The notes under the pieces: generated by a model
Databases searched by the model: none
Seen by the model: only the letters and a program-made list of their open reading frames with translations
Told to the model about the DNA's origin: nothing
Shown: one piece after another, positions 12,394 through 24,216 of the stretch
How the letters are laid out: each line of letters starts with the position of its first letter
Numbering within the stretch: the first letter of the stretch is position 1
Source of the DNA: Paraphysomonas bandaiensis
Lineage: Eukaryota > Protista > Chrysophyceae
Assembly: GCA_965644295.1 (NCBI GenBank)
Contig: CBFFRP010000446.1
Location: 46,330-110,329, forward strand
Direction of reading: 5' to 3'
DNA: 64,000 nucleotides
Made by a program: the position numbers and the translations under genes

Positions 12394-15300
12394 TTATCTG
12401 GAATGTTGTGATACTGACGATCGTCTCCTGTTGACCAATGCTGATCCCCGTCTACCCGGTCCTCCAGATGTAGACGAACGTCGGCCACTAGGCGGCATAC
12501 TAGTCTCCCGTTGTATTCTCCTTGTTGGGGCAGGCACAGAGCTTTTTGTAGTAGGGTTACTGCTGCTACTGGTCACTGAAACATGGTCATTTTCCAATTC
12601 GTAGGCGACGTCAAAATCTGCATCATCATTATCCTCTGGAATATTGTGTCCAGCAGATTTGCGAGAAGGGGTCGAGCGCTGCGATCGACTGGACCTTGAG
12701 CTCTTTTGGGATTCCATTAAAGCTAGACGAGCTAGTCTTTTTCGCTCAAGTTTTTCCTTAAGGCGTTCTTCCTTCGACTTTTTGTTCTTTTTAGGCTTTT
12801 TCTTCCTGCGAATGAATACATTTCAAATAACACTATATTGCACAGTGTACATATTACACAACGCCTGAAAATTTATATGAACGCATGCTGCACTGTACGC
12901 AAAACATGCTACGAGATTTATATATATTCGCGCACAGTGCCATTACCTAGCCTTTGGGTTATATCCCCACATTGCTCCTGCTCCAACTACAATCGCCCTA
13001 TTCTTCTCTGTTAGTACGAACTCCTCCTCAGAGCTCGAGCTGGACTCCTTCATCTCCTGCAAACACAAATTCATATATATTCGTTACTGCACACACATGT
13101 AATATAAAGCTGTAACATTGGGCATACATCACATCGCGGCATAGTTACCGCAATGCATAACGCTAAATACTAAATATAGAGCACATCTTATTCCCAAGCA
13201 CACACCTCCTCGGTGATATAGGTGTCCATATCTTCCTCCTCATCGTCATCTATGAAACTTTCTATTTCTTCGTCAGTCTATACACACAGAATTTAGTACA
13301 CACTACAAACATATAAAAAATATACTGCACTACAGAGAGTTCCATATACCCGGTACTACATTGCAGCAACAGCACACTTTTATTACCTTTTTCTCTCTGA
13401 ACTTTTCCCACGACCTTTTCGTAGCCTTGGCACACTGCACCGTATGAAACACACACTTAATACATCCTAGCCTACACCTCCTCGCTGTCCTGCTCACGCA
13501 AAACATTAAGCATACTTCGGTCCAGGATAACTTCTTGTGTGTTGGGGTACCTTCTCAGTAGTCGATAAAACCTAAGGAACTGCCTCCATGGCATTTGAAA
13601 TACACCCCCACTGCAAAAGCCATGTTACAACACTCTAGTTAATGGTAACAGCATACACCGCATAGCATACACACACGCCCCGTACAGCACATATGTCGAA
13701 CATACTACGAAATGAATGTAGCGTGTGCGTATCACGATCATGATCTACCTGCCATTGATAGATAACAGCTGTACAGTGAAGTTGATATTGGACCGTGGTG
13801 GTACTGTAGGTCCCATCCAGTAATTGCCATACGCGAAGTCGTATCTGACCTGCGTTTAAATGCATAAAAATGAATTACTCTGAATTCATACATTAAAACA
13901 CTACACATAGAATACTATCCACAACAGACTGAGATGTGGACCACAAAATACAATGGCATACCTTTATTGTAGAAGTTTCTCCTAGTGTCATATGTCTCAC
14001 ACCTACATCCAGTCCCCGGACTACATGTCCTCTCCTAGAGGGAATCAGACGGACGATGAGCTGACCTCTACACACATAACGTGATTAACAACATTGAATA
14101 CGGTGTCCACACATATAAACACAATGTAGTACATAACCACCTGTCTTTTTGGTGCACGTCCGCTATATTTTCATCGACCTGTTTCTGGACCTAATGGTAA
14201 CATACATCATTGCAAAGCATAAATACACTAATGCCGAGAGCAATGGCACTGGAAGTTTACGCACATCAAAGTACTTGAGCGGAAACCATTGGGTGACACC
14301 CACAGTAGCTGACAGCACAGTTTGCCTCTGCTTGTGAATAACTCTGTCACAGGCAATTAAAATATCATAATTTAATAGTGCATATTACTAAGTGTAGTGT
14401 ATAGTGTGGTAATTATACTACAGCGAATTCATTGCGTGAGAATATACACTTACTCCGCCACTGACTGCCGCCTGCTACTAGAGGGTCTACTACCATCAGT
14501 AGGAAATAGCTGACCCCATTGAGTCTGAGCAAAATTCCCTATAGCACTGCAGAATAGTATTTAAAGTAACACATCCGCTGGCATGCATTTAGTAGCGCGT
14601 CTCACCTTAGCCCTGATACCATTTTAGAAACTAGGGCGGACTTGGGCTTTTCTGGATCCATTTCCTCCTCAATAAATGTGGCCACATCGCTTTCCTGGCT
14701 TATATCTTGTGCTGCTGCGGTGTAATTTTCCTGTAGAATATATTTCACAATAATTACACAATAGAAAAAATATGTAGAACTGAAACATAAAAAGGATACA
14801 TCACGATATATGGAAACAAATTCACAGCAAGAAGATATATAAAAAATATGTCAGCAAGTCAACGAGGAAAACTATTAACCATGCATGCATTGAAAATTTA
14901 CCTCATTCTCTCTAGTTTCATCATCCTCGTCATCAGAAACATGCAAGTCGTGGTCTATCCTAGGGGTAACCCCTCTTTCGGTGCGTTCGAAGTACTCTGG
15001 ATGAGTATCTTGCAGGGACTGCTCAGTGCATAAGCCACTATCAGATTGTTCGCTGGAAATCTTCTTCGATGCAAATTGGTCACGCGACGAAGACAGTTCA
15101 TCCTCTTCTTCACTCTCAGAAATTTCTTCCCCAGCATTTTCTAATAAACTTCTGTCCTCCATCACTAGTGGCGGAACAGATTTAGACCGCGATGATGCAG
15201 ATGTCTCCGACCCCCCTTCCCAACGTCTCCATGCCGGTACATCACTCTGGTCTACATCGCCTTCAGATCCATCCTCTTCTATCATATTTTCGGTCTCATA

Positions 15301-17084
15301 TTCAAACACGGGTTCCTTCGGTTCCGGTCGCTGAAGCTCATCGTCTTCTCCTGGAAGGTACACATTCTCATCTCCAAAGAGGTCCTCTGTGGCATCTTGT
15401 ATTGTCACTGATTCAAAATCCTTTTCTTCGGCATCATCCCTACTTCCCTCACTAATACTCTGATTTCCAGGATGATTCTCACTCTGACTTTCTATCTGAC
15501 TACCTCGTCTACTTTCACCTTCGCTATTCACCTGGCTTTCTACAATACTATCTGATATACTCCCTACTTGACTTTGCTGCCTCAGAGAGTTCTCAGCCGC
15601 TGAAATGACAGAGCTACTATCCATAGACTCACCATGTGAGGCCTCTTCGATTGGATCGTGTATTCCCAGCTCTTCGTGGCTGGATGTCGAGCTATTACTT
15701 TTCGCTATAATCTCGTCTTTTTCAACGGAAGGTGTGCTCTGACCAGACGATATTGACAATCTCGTGCTTCGTATCTTCTTCACAAATATGTTCGCACCTC
15801 CTATGAAGAAGTGATTCAGAGCCTTACCCGCTTCAATCTCACTAAATGACTTTGGAAAGGAAGGTGCCAATTTGCGGAATTGCTCCACTGAGATCTTTAT
15901 ACTGCCCAGATCGCCATGTTTACGGAATCGATTATGGTCATAGAGGTTAATCTGAAACAAATGCATCGCATCTAAACTCCCCTCCTTGCGTTGACGACGG
16001 GAGTTAGGGCGGTTCAGCTGACCCAGTTGCCGTAAACGAAGTTCTTCAGTTAATACGTCTTCCACGCGGAACGTAAAGACATTTCCGGAAGTCCATTCGG
16101 GATCGCATGTGTTATCGATGACCTTCGTACGACCCATACTACGTCCCAAAAATATTACCTCGCAGAATGGGTCAGACAAGCCGATAGCATCCATTTTATC
16201 AAGAGACTCTGCTCGAACTATCTTGAGATAACATATATTGGCATTAATTCCAAACTGCACACCCAATCGGCCATGATATTCCCTGAGGGATAAATTAAGT
16301 CGAATGGGCTTCTGATTGGATACATTGGCAAGTTTTAGGAGCTGCGGTCGTGTTATCTCCACATGCCCTGCATGACACAGAAAATACAAAATAAAATCAC
16401 AGGTGCTAGAGCTTCATACTCACCTAGAAAGTCATTAAAGTTGAAGTAATCTCTGTCGAACACCTCCATCTTCAATATGTCATCCCCTTTCTTTATTTTG
16501 TGTACAGCATCTATCTCACATGGCACAACAAAAGTTTCGTTGTTCCAACGTGGATTTATTGTTCTTGGTCTTGTCCTAGTAGTACCAACACGTTTACCTC
16601 CAAATTGAAGGCATACAAAGGGGTCGGACGAACCATGAGCGTCGGCAATAGGTAGTCGCTTCGCACCTAATATTTGAACATGCACACATGTTCCACTTAC
16701 ACCAGAGGGAAATTTAACATACTGCACGGGCTCACGGTGGACAGTTTTACCATTATGAATTACCCTACTCTTGACTTTGATCTCAACGATGTCGAATAGT
16801 TTCGGAAATGAACGCGAATCGCCTCGTATCTGAATCTTCTTACGCACAGCTGGCCCGATGACCACAATACGCCGCACGTGATCCTTCGTCTTAACGAAAC
16901 TATGAGCATACTCATCACACTCTTTGCACAGATAGTTACACCGCTGACACTGTTGGCAGTATTTAATGACCAGCCCCGGATTGCTTCTCGTCTTCTTGTT
17001 GCCTAAACACCGCTGACAGAACACAGCCGCAGGGATGGCGTGAGGGGGGGACTTCTCGATATGATACCGCAGAGGCTCGATCAT
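12394..17084 (-). CDS. Multi-exon protein: B-box-like Zn finger, split FKBP-type domain, two C2 domains, acidic linker, basic C-terminal tail
   Basis: CQRC..CQQC..LCKECD..H..H; C2 motifs ADAHGSSDPFV..INPRWNNETF..EVFDRD and MDAIGLSDPFC..DPEW..NLYDHN; FKBP-like exons 14067-13962 and 13849-13749; several GT..AG introns. Confidence 0.75.
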
Positions 17085-17600
17085 GCGGCTATGGCACGAT
17101 ACAGGAGGTTATCTGAGTGTACTGTAATCGTGTTCTGGTTATGTATGTGTGTGTGTGTGTGAGCGTGGCATACTTAAACTGCTCGACGTGTACAGGTACA
17201 GCTGTGTAGGTGTACGTGTACATGTACAGCACAGCAGTACAGTGTCAGTGGACTCTACCAGCTACCAGCGTATAGTATAGTCATACATCCGTTAAGAAGA
17301 AATAACCGAAAGAGATCTAAAAAACTGAAACTGAAAAAAAGAAATGAGTGTGGACTGAAATTATAATCATCTCTTCAAGATACTTCCGTTTTCAAGTCCT
17401 TCACATTAAAGTCTACAAACTGAAACATCCCTTTGTGTCTTCTGAAGATCGATGTACCTGAGGCCTCCAGTGAGTGTTGTTTTTTTAATGGCTCCAACAC
17501 ACACCCTCCAAGGCTGGACACACACATACACACACAACCCACAGGCGCTGTGCTCATTATTTCCTGGAGATTAGTGAGACTCCCGTTAACCACGTGAAGC

Positions 17601-18619
17601 ATGGTAACTCACATTGTTACATCACTGGAGAGATCATTTCACGTGTTTGTTTCATGTAGCCGGCTAAGAATCCTAAGAACAAGGGCGGAAAGCAGGAGGT
17701 GAAGAAGGTGAAGGTCGCCAACCCTCTCTTCCAGGCTAAGCCTAGAAACTCTAGAATCGGTGGAGATGTTCGGGTATAAATAGCGGGTGCCTAACCGCAA
17801 TGACATAAATTAATGGCTGTGTCTGCATTCTTCAGGGCAAGGGCAAGGATCTCTCCAGGTTTGTGCGTTGGCCACGCAATGTCCGCATTCAGCGCCAGAA
17901 GAAGGTACGCAGTCGTTTGTTCCTTTTGAGTATTGATGTAGACGAGTGTCTTATCTCTGTCGCGTATAGGTTCTTCTTCAGCGCCTTAAGGTCCCTCCGG
18001 CCATTGCTCAGTTCAACAACACCTTGGACAAGAACCAGGCTGCTGAGCTCATGAAGCTTCTTGTTAAGTACCAGCCCGAGACCAAGGACGCCAAGAAGGA
18101 GCGCCTCGAGGCTATGGCCGCTTCTGCTGCTGCCGGCGAGGCTGTTGCCGCTGGAACTCCTCCTCCTGTTCTCAAGTTTGGTCTTAAGCACATCACCACT
18201 CTTATTGAGCAGAAGAAGGCTTCCCTTGTTGTGATTGCTCACGACGTAGACCCCATTGAGCTCGTTGTGTGGCTTCCTGCTCTGTGCCGCAAGATGAACG
18301 TCCCTTTCTGCATTGTCAAGGTTTGTGAAATGCTTACGCTGTTGGCTGAACTCAATTGATTGATTGTTAGGGCAAGAGCCGTCTCGGAACTCTTGTGCAC
18401 AAGAAGAACTGCGCTGTTGTCGCCCTCACTTCTGTGAAGCCTGAGGATAACAACAAGCTCGCTACTCTTCAGCAGAATGCTCGCGCCCAGTTCAACCAGA
18501 ACGTTGTGCGCAAGTGGGGCGGGGGCATCATGGGTCTCAAGACCGTTGCCAAGCTCGACAAGAGAAAGAAGCAGCTTGATGCGGAGCTTGCCAAGATTGC
18601 TAATGCCAGCAAGAACTAA
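17601..18619 (+). CDS. RPL7A: 60S ribosomal protein L7a (eL8), 5 coding exons
   Basis: ATG-only first exon; [64 protein letters not shown]; strong codon bias. Confidence 0.97.
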
Positions 18620-19164
18620 ATGTCTCCATTGCTTTGATTTGCTTCAAGAACAGTAATTAACGTGAAAGTCTCACTTCTCTTATTTAAGGCTTACATTGTA
18701 ACTGCCAGCAAGCTGTAATTGTCTACATAGTACCCAATAAAAGTTCCGCGGCTCTAAGTCACGAGGGAGTAGTTTGAAAGTTATGTAAGAGATGCGACTC
18801 TTAAGACATTGAGGATGAGTTAGTGGCACGATAGTTTCTGATGTGAAAGAACATAGTGTAATGTTGGCGCCTTTTGTTTACGTTGTTGGAATTGTTCTAC
18901 TTCATGATTCTAGAAACCATTCTTCAAACTTCAAAGCTTCTAATCATTAAAGCAGCTTCTAGTTTCCTATCATTTATCTTAATAAACTCATGCTGCATTC
19001 GTTTTAATTAATTGCATTGCAACAATTGATAACAAACTACGTACGCATACTAGCTTCCTAGCTTGCCCAACTGTTACTTCATTCCAGGGGCGACGCTTCA
19101 TACGTAAAAGCAAAAGAAGATCGAAATTACGAGAAGTCATACTTTTGAGTAAATTTTCTCATAG

Positions 19165-19365
19165 CTATCTTAGCTCTACTGAGTAATCATACTAGTTGTG
19201 GCATGCAAGTGTTGAGGCGTAATCAAATCTTTTACCATCAACCAAACGCTGCGCTGTGTTGACATTCGGAGCTAGTACCTCAGTTCCTCACTATAATCAT
19301 CTTCTTCATTAAGAAAAAATATATTAATATGATCTTTCCGTCCGGTATATGAGATTTGCGTCTTC
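19165..19365 (+). repeat. Dispersed repeat family D, copy 2
   Basis: Similar to 10915-11105. Confidence 0.7.
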
Positions 19366-19656
19366 TCGACTGCCTTAAATACATATACTTTTAATAGTAG
19401 CAGCATATTGTTGCCCAGTTGACGCTCGACAATCGGGCGCCATTTTATGAGTTTGTCAAAACATGTACGAACGTCGTGGAAGTTAAGCTGGTGTTCATCT
19501 TCCTACTGTAATTCTATTGATGCGCATTGAAATACTTTCAAGTCGTCTCGTAACAAGCGACAGAAACTAATAGCGATCAATCATTGAAAATATGGAGCCC
19601 CACCGAGTATATAGTTCTATTATTGATGATTCATGATTCACTATCACAAATAATTT

Positions 19657-20019
19657 CCCTCGACAAAGTCGGACTCGCACCTTTTCGTGGTGTTCTGTGG
19701 GATAAGCACAGGAGAGATTCTCTCTGGGAAACTAACGTGAGCCGCAAACATAGTCAGCAGATATTGTTCTGCCCACTCATAGCCGAATGCTTGCGTGGTA
19801 CAAGGGACACCAATAAGTGTCACTTGTGTAGACGTCTTTGGGCCCTGACGAATAAACAGGCATCCGGGACAGGGCCCACCTCAAGGGTAGCCGGGGTATT
19901 GGGCTGCCTGCTGCAGTCAAGCCTCCGGAATGTTCACCTTAAGAACTCAGAGCGGAAGTGGTAACACCTTGGTGCTTGCGGCGACTCACAAGCAGCTTCC
20001 GTAGCGTTAAATAGTAGGA
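19657..20019 (-). repeat. Dispersed structured repeat family A, best-preserved copy
   Basis: Starts A|TCCTACTATTTAACGCTACG on the minus strand; multiple perfect stems. Confidence 0.9.
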
Positions 20020-20114
20020 TATATATGAAAGTCTGATTATTACATGAGTACGGTTGCGTACAGAAACTAGTTTATGTCTATAGACTAGCTATTAACTAGA
20101 TTTGCTATATACTA

Positions 20115-20655
20115 CTAGTGGCGGGCAACCGTCTTGGGACTGCTTGTGCATCGCTGCGAGCACCATGGTGCAACCGTCCCTTGTAGTGAGGTTGGTCGGG
20201 GGGTCTACCTTTGGGCAATGTGTCTGGCGGGCCTGTGCCATGGATTATGTGGGGTGTGTGTGAGGCGAGATGTATATGAGAGTGCAAGTCGGTGGTGGAG
20301 ATGGTGCTGGTTGTTGAGGTAGGGTTTCGGCCACAAGTAAGGAGGAGTTGTTTCCGGAGTGGTTGCGCTTGCCTCTGGGTGTGGAGTGGATGTCGCCTGG
20401 AGTAGCTGGAGTACTTTTGGTGTCGGGTGGGTATCCTGGGGCTGGCGTTGCTTTGCGTGTGTCGGGACCGGTGTCGCCGGTGCCGTGTCTACGTTGTGGT
20501 GTCTGTGTCCCCTATTGCGAAGCATGCGGAGCCCTCCATCATATAGGGGGAGTAGGATAGAGGCGATGGATTTTTCTAGGGCGTGGAATTGATGTTCGAG
20601 CAGTGAGCTGGATATGTGGCGTCCGAATGCGTCGGCCATTTGTTAAATAGTAGGA
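20115..20655 (-). mobile_element. Putative non-autonomous Helitron-like element carrying a GC-rich ORF fragment
   Basis: Minus strand reads A|TCCTACTATTTAAC...CCACTAG|T (5'-TC, 3'-CTAG, A/T target, no TSD); imperfect subterminal hairpin; ATG 16 nt after the 5' end opens the 20639-20205 ORF. Confidence 0.45.
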
Positions 20656-20929
20656 TAAAAAAGTGTGTTATTATGGTCAAGTTAGTTTGCTTGTAAATTA
20701 TGTCGAATAAGTATCTGAATATATAAAACGTAAATAATGGAATTATATTTAGGGAGCACAGTGGAGCATAAGCGACTCCATTTTTCCTACTGTCTTAAGC
20801 CATTCAACAATTCTACCAAAAGATGTGTATTGCATTACTCAAAATTACGTCGCTGAAAAATATAGAATATACACTATTAAATATCAAATAACATCGAACA
20901 AATCGAGAAAACAAATGTGACAACTAGTG

Positions 20930-23174
20930 CTACTCCGATGACAGCCCCAACAATTTATGAAACACTCTCATGCTACTAGTTCCTTTAGGACTGCGGTATA
21001 TACTACCATATTTTGGTTGATATCGTATTATACCAGCTTTCACATCACAATCCAATCCGAGAAAACCACTCGCAGAATCTGATTCCTTGTGGTCATCAAT
21101 ATAAGCTGTAGGAGCCCTCCACGGATACCTGAGTTTCACACTATGCGAGTCTTCAGAGTGATCTAGAACTGGGTACACATTACTACTGGTCAAATACTTT
21201 TCATTTGCAATACTGCCCAGTGATGATAAATGATCATTCCCTTCCCCTAATAACTCACTCCTACGGTGTACGACTGGTGCGCATGTTTTTTCAGTGGTGT
21301 GGAACAAAGGACTCTCAATGAAAGGCTCACTTCTTTGCTCACAGAGCAACATATCCGATGCGCCATCGTTCCGAGATTTAGTGTTACTTTGGTAAACACT
21401 CAGCCGTTCGTGAACTGGGCTAAATCCACCGACGGATAGCACCTCCTCGCGTGCAAAATCTTGATGGCAAAAGCTACTATCACGACCGTCTTCTAAATGC
21501 GCATCACATCCGACATCAGCATGTGGATTCGTCGTTTCCAGATGCATTCCACATCGATCAACACTCCCGAGATTTTTATCAACCAGGCGTTTCTTCCGTC
21601 GATGCAACATGTTTATTGGTAAAGGGGCGTAGCCTTCGTGTTTTCGCTGCTGCGACTGCTTTAAAATATTTTCCAACTGTGATATTGGGCTAGCAGGCTC
21701 AACAGAAAACTCTTCAATACTCCTCTTCCTGCTGTCTCTAATATCACTTGGGTTGGCGGGTTGAGTTTGCAATTTATGCAAACGTGGTGCACTACTGCTT
21801 GAAGCATCCGAATCTTTGAACTTCCAAACCTCATCACAGACAGTATCTCTTCTAGTAGGCTCTGGAGAGGTATTCGCAGGGCATAGAGGTGTACGGCTTG
21901 ACGTGGCAAGACATGACTCTGACTCTCGATCATGACAGCCAGGCATCCACTGTATATGTCCTTCATCTTTCATTCCTTTCTCACTGATTACGTTACGTTT
22001 ATCAACGTCAAACGGCTTCAATGTACAAGGATGTACTTCTCCAACAGCTATTCGTTGGCTAACATCAGGGTCTAAAATGGTACCTAGAAAAGTCTTATCC
22101 TGCAGTGAAGCAGCTTGGAGATCAAGAGGTGTTAAATACTGCATACGTTTCTCAGAAGGATTGTATATTGTCTGATGTTTGAATGTGTATAAGGCATTCC
22201 TTAACTATAGAAAACACAAGTCAGTAACATGAGCCACTGGCAATCGAAGCTACGCATCACATGCGGCAACATGAAACTACAATGCAATACGCGTAAGCGA
22301 ATTAAATCTACCAACCTTGGCCACATATTCATCGTCCACTCCCTCGTACTTGGATGCCTTTAGGGCTTGAGCTACTTTGCTGAAAGTTTTATACTTGCCT
22401 ACAAACTTATGCGCGGTGACTAAACCAATATTTCGAATCTTCTTGACGTAATCACACCCCGCAATGCAACACATCAGCTTGAACATCTCATCAGTCCAGT
22501 TGAGAAAAGAGAGCGTTTGGTTAGCTCCAAGAGATCGGCGGCGTATCTCCTGCCCTGTTCCATCCCAATCAAATTTGAAACATACTCTTCGACAGCCATA
22601 AACTAAAGAATCGCCATCTTCAGTCAAAACAACGTCAACGTAATTCGTCAGCGATAAATAGGCCAGCTGAGCGTCAGATTCATATGGGGATACCATATAT
22701 TCAATTTCAGCTCGTTTTAGCTCAGAAATAAGTTCAAATACCATTTCAGGAGTGACTGTGCAAACTTATAATTCAAATGAGACAAAAGTATATGACGCTA
22801 CCTGCCACACTTTGCTTGTAGTGTGCATAAGCATCTCTATGTCGTCCATCAGCCTCAGCATCTCTGGCTAATTGCTTATGTGTTGATCTGATCTTTCGTC
22901 TTGATGAGTTCGTGAGTTCTTTAGCAGGCAGTGGGCGCCCATCGAACACAACGACTGGAGTTACGCCCTCCTTAATGAGCATATGGAGCATCTCAAGTAC
23001 ATAATTCACATACTTTGATGTGTTGATTCCCTCTGTGACCTCTCGACTGCATCCATAGCTTCCTTTATGTAGCCAACAGTGAGCATCTACGCCCACTCTG
23101 AGGCCTTTATAGGCGCTGATGTGGACCTTCCTCGTCACTGACTTGAGGGCACCTAGCAGGCCGGGGATACCCAT
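20930..23174 (-). CDS. EXO1: Exonuclease 1 (XPG/Rad2 family), 3 exons
   Basis: MGIPGLL..VGVDAHCWLHKG..VVFDG; SPYESDAQLAYL..TEDGD..GCDY..IGLVTA; long disordered C-terminus. Confidence 0.9.
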
Positions 23175-24054
23175 TACAGACTGCACTAACACCGACCACT
23201 ACACGTCCTCGTTATCAGGTCCTTCCAGTGGACATTGTTCTCATGTTATGTCTACGATATGCATGTATGTGTATGTACATCATCATCTTGAGCTCATATG
23301 TATGTCTATGTATGCAGGTATGTATATAACATATACGTACATCCCTCGTACTGCGCTGTATACTGCACGGTGCTCCTACTGCAGCTCTGTGTGTGCTGTC
23401 TGATATTTGAAATCGATAATCTCGTATGCGCTGTATTCATGTGTATACCTCTGTATCCTGCTTCTGCTTCTGTCCACCATCTTCAAGGGTCACTCCTTCA
23501 CTTCGTTGTTCGGGCGCTTTGCATCCTCACCAAATAGAGCAGGAAATAGCAGGCATACGTGCAAATGAATTCGAGATGCTGTATATGGAAATAGCAACCA
23601 TTGTACTGTTTGATTATTCGTGTGTGGCCGTTCCCGAATCATTCCAGACGTTTTTCAATCCTTTGATTTCTGTATGAGAAAATCACGGTCCATGTATACG
23701 GGTAGCATCGACCGTTCCCGGTAGTTGAGATATCCGTTTGATGAGCAGCGTGTGTATCCGTATAGTATATATGCATACATATATATACATATACATATAC
23801 ATACATATACATGTACATATACATACCATACATATACATACATATACATATGCATACATATACTGTACATATACATACATATACAGACATATGCAGCATG
23901 GTGTCGTTTGAATGTGACTGCAACAGCACTCCACATACATAACATACACACAGAGCTATCTAACCCATCCGCCTCCCCTCCATGCACACGAGTGATTCCT
24001 TTCTATCCTTGTGAGCATGAGCATGAGCATGAGCAGGTCTGAAGTGTGTGTCAG

Positions 24055-24150
24055 TATGTATGTATGTATGTATGTATGTATGTATGTATGTATGTATGTA
24101 TATGTGTGTATCTCTGTGTATGTGTATGTGTGTATATATATGTGTGTATA
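24055..24150. repeat. (TATG)n/(TG)n tract upstream of the LRR gene
   Basis: Direct observation; degenerate CATA tract also at 23760-23890. Confidence 0.9.
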
Positions 24151-24216
24151 GGTGTTCACAGTGTCAGATGATTCGCTCTTCTTTCTCTCTGTGTCTGATA
24201 TGTTTCTCGCAGTCAA

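Noticed and set aside
17604-18370. Intronic snoRNAs in RPL7A, as in vertebrates
   Set aside because: Introns are only ~50-65 nt and lack clear C/D or H/ACA boxes
19700-19795. HDV-like ribozyme (CGAATG plus P2-like pairing)
   Set aside because: P1, P1.1 and the L3 consensus are missing
19725-19855. Hammerhead ribozyme (GAAAC..GTC..CTGACGA) in family A
   Set aside because: No stem I or II can form around the core motifs, and CTGA is TTGA in other copies
19584-19964. 126-aa ORF over family A
   Set aside because: Frame is not preserved in the other copies (indels and stops)
23400-23760. Possible small gene between EXO1 and the LRR gene
   Set aside because: Moderately GC-rich, but no consistent ORF or splice model on either strand
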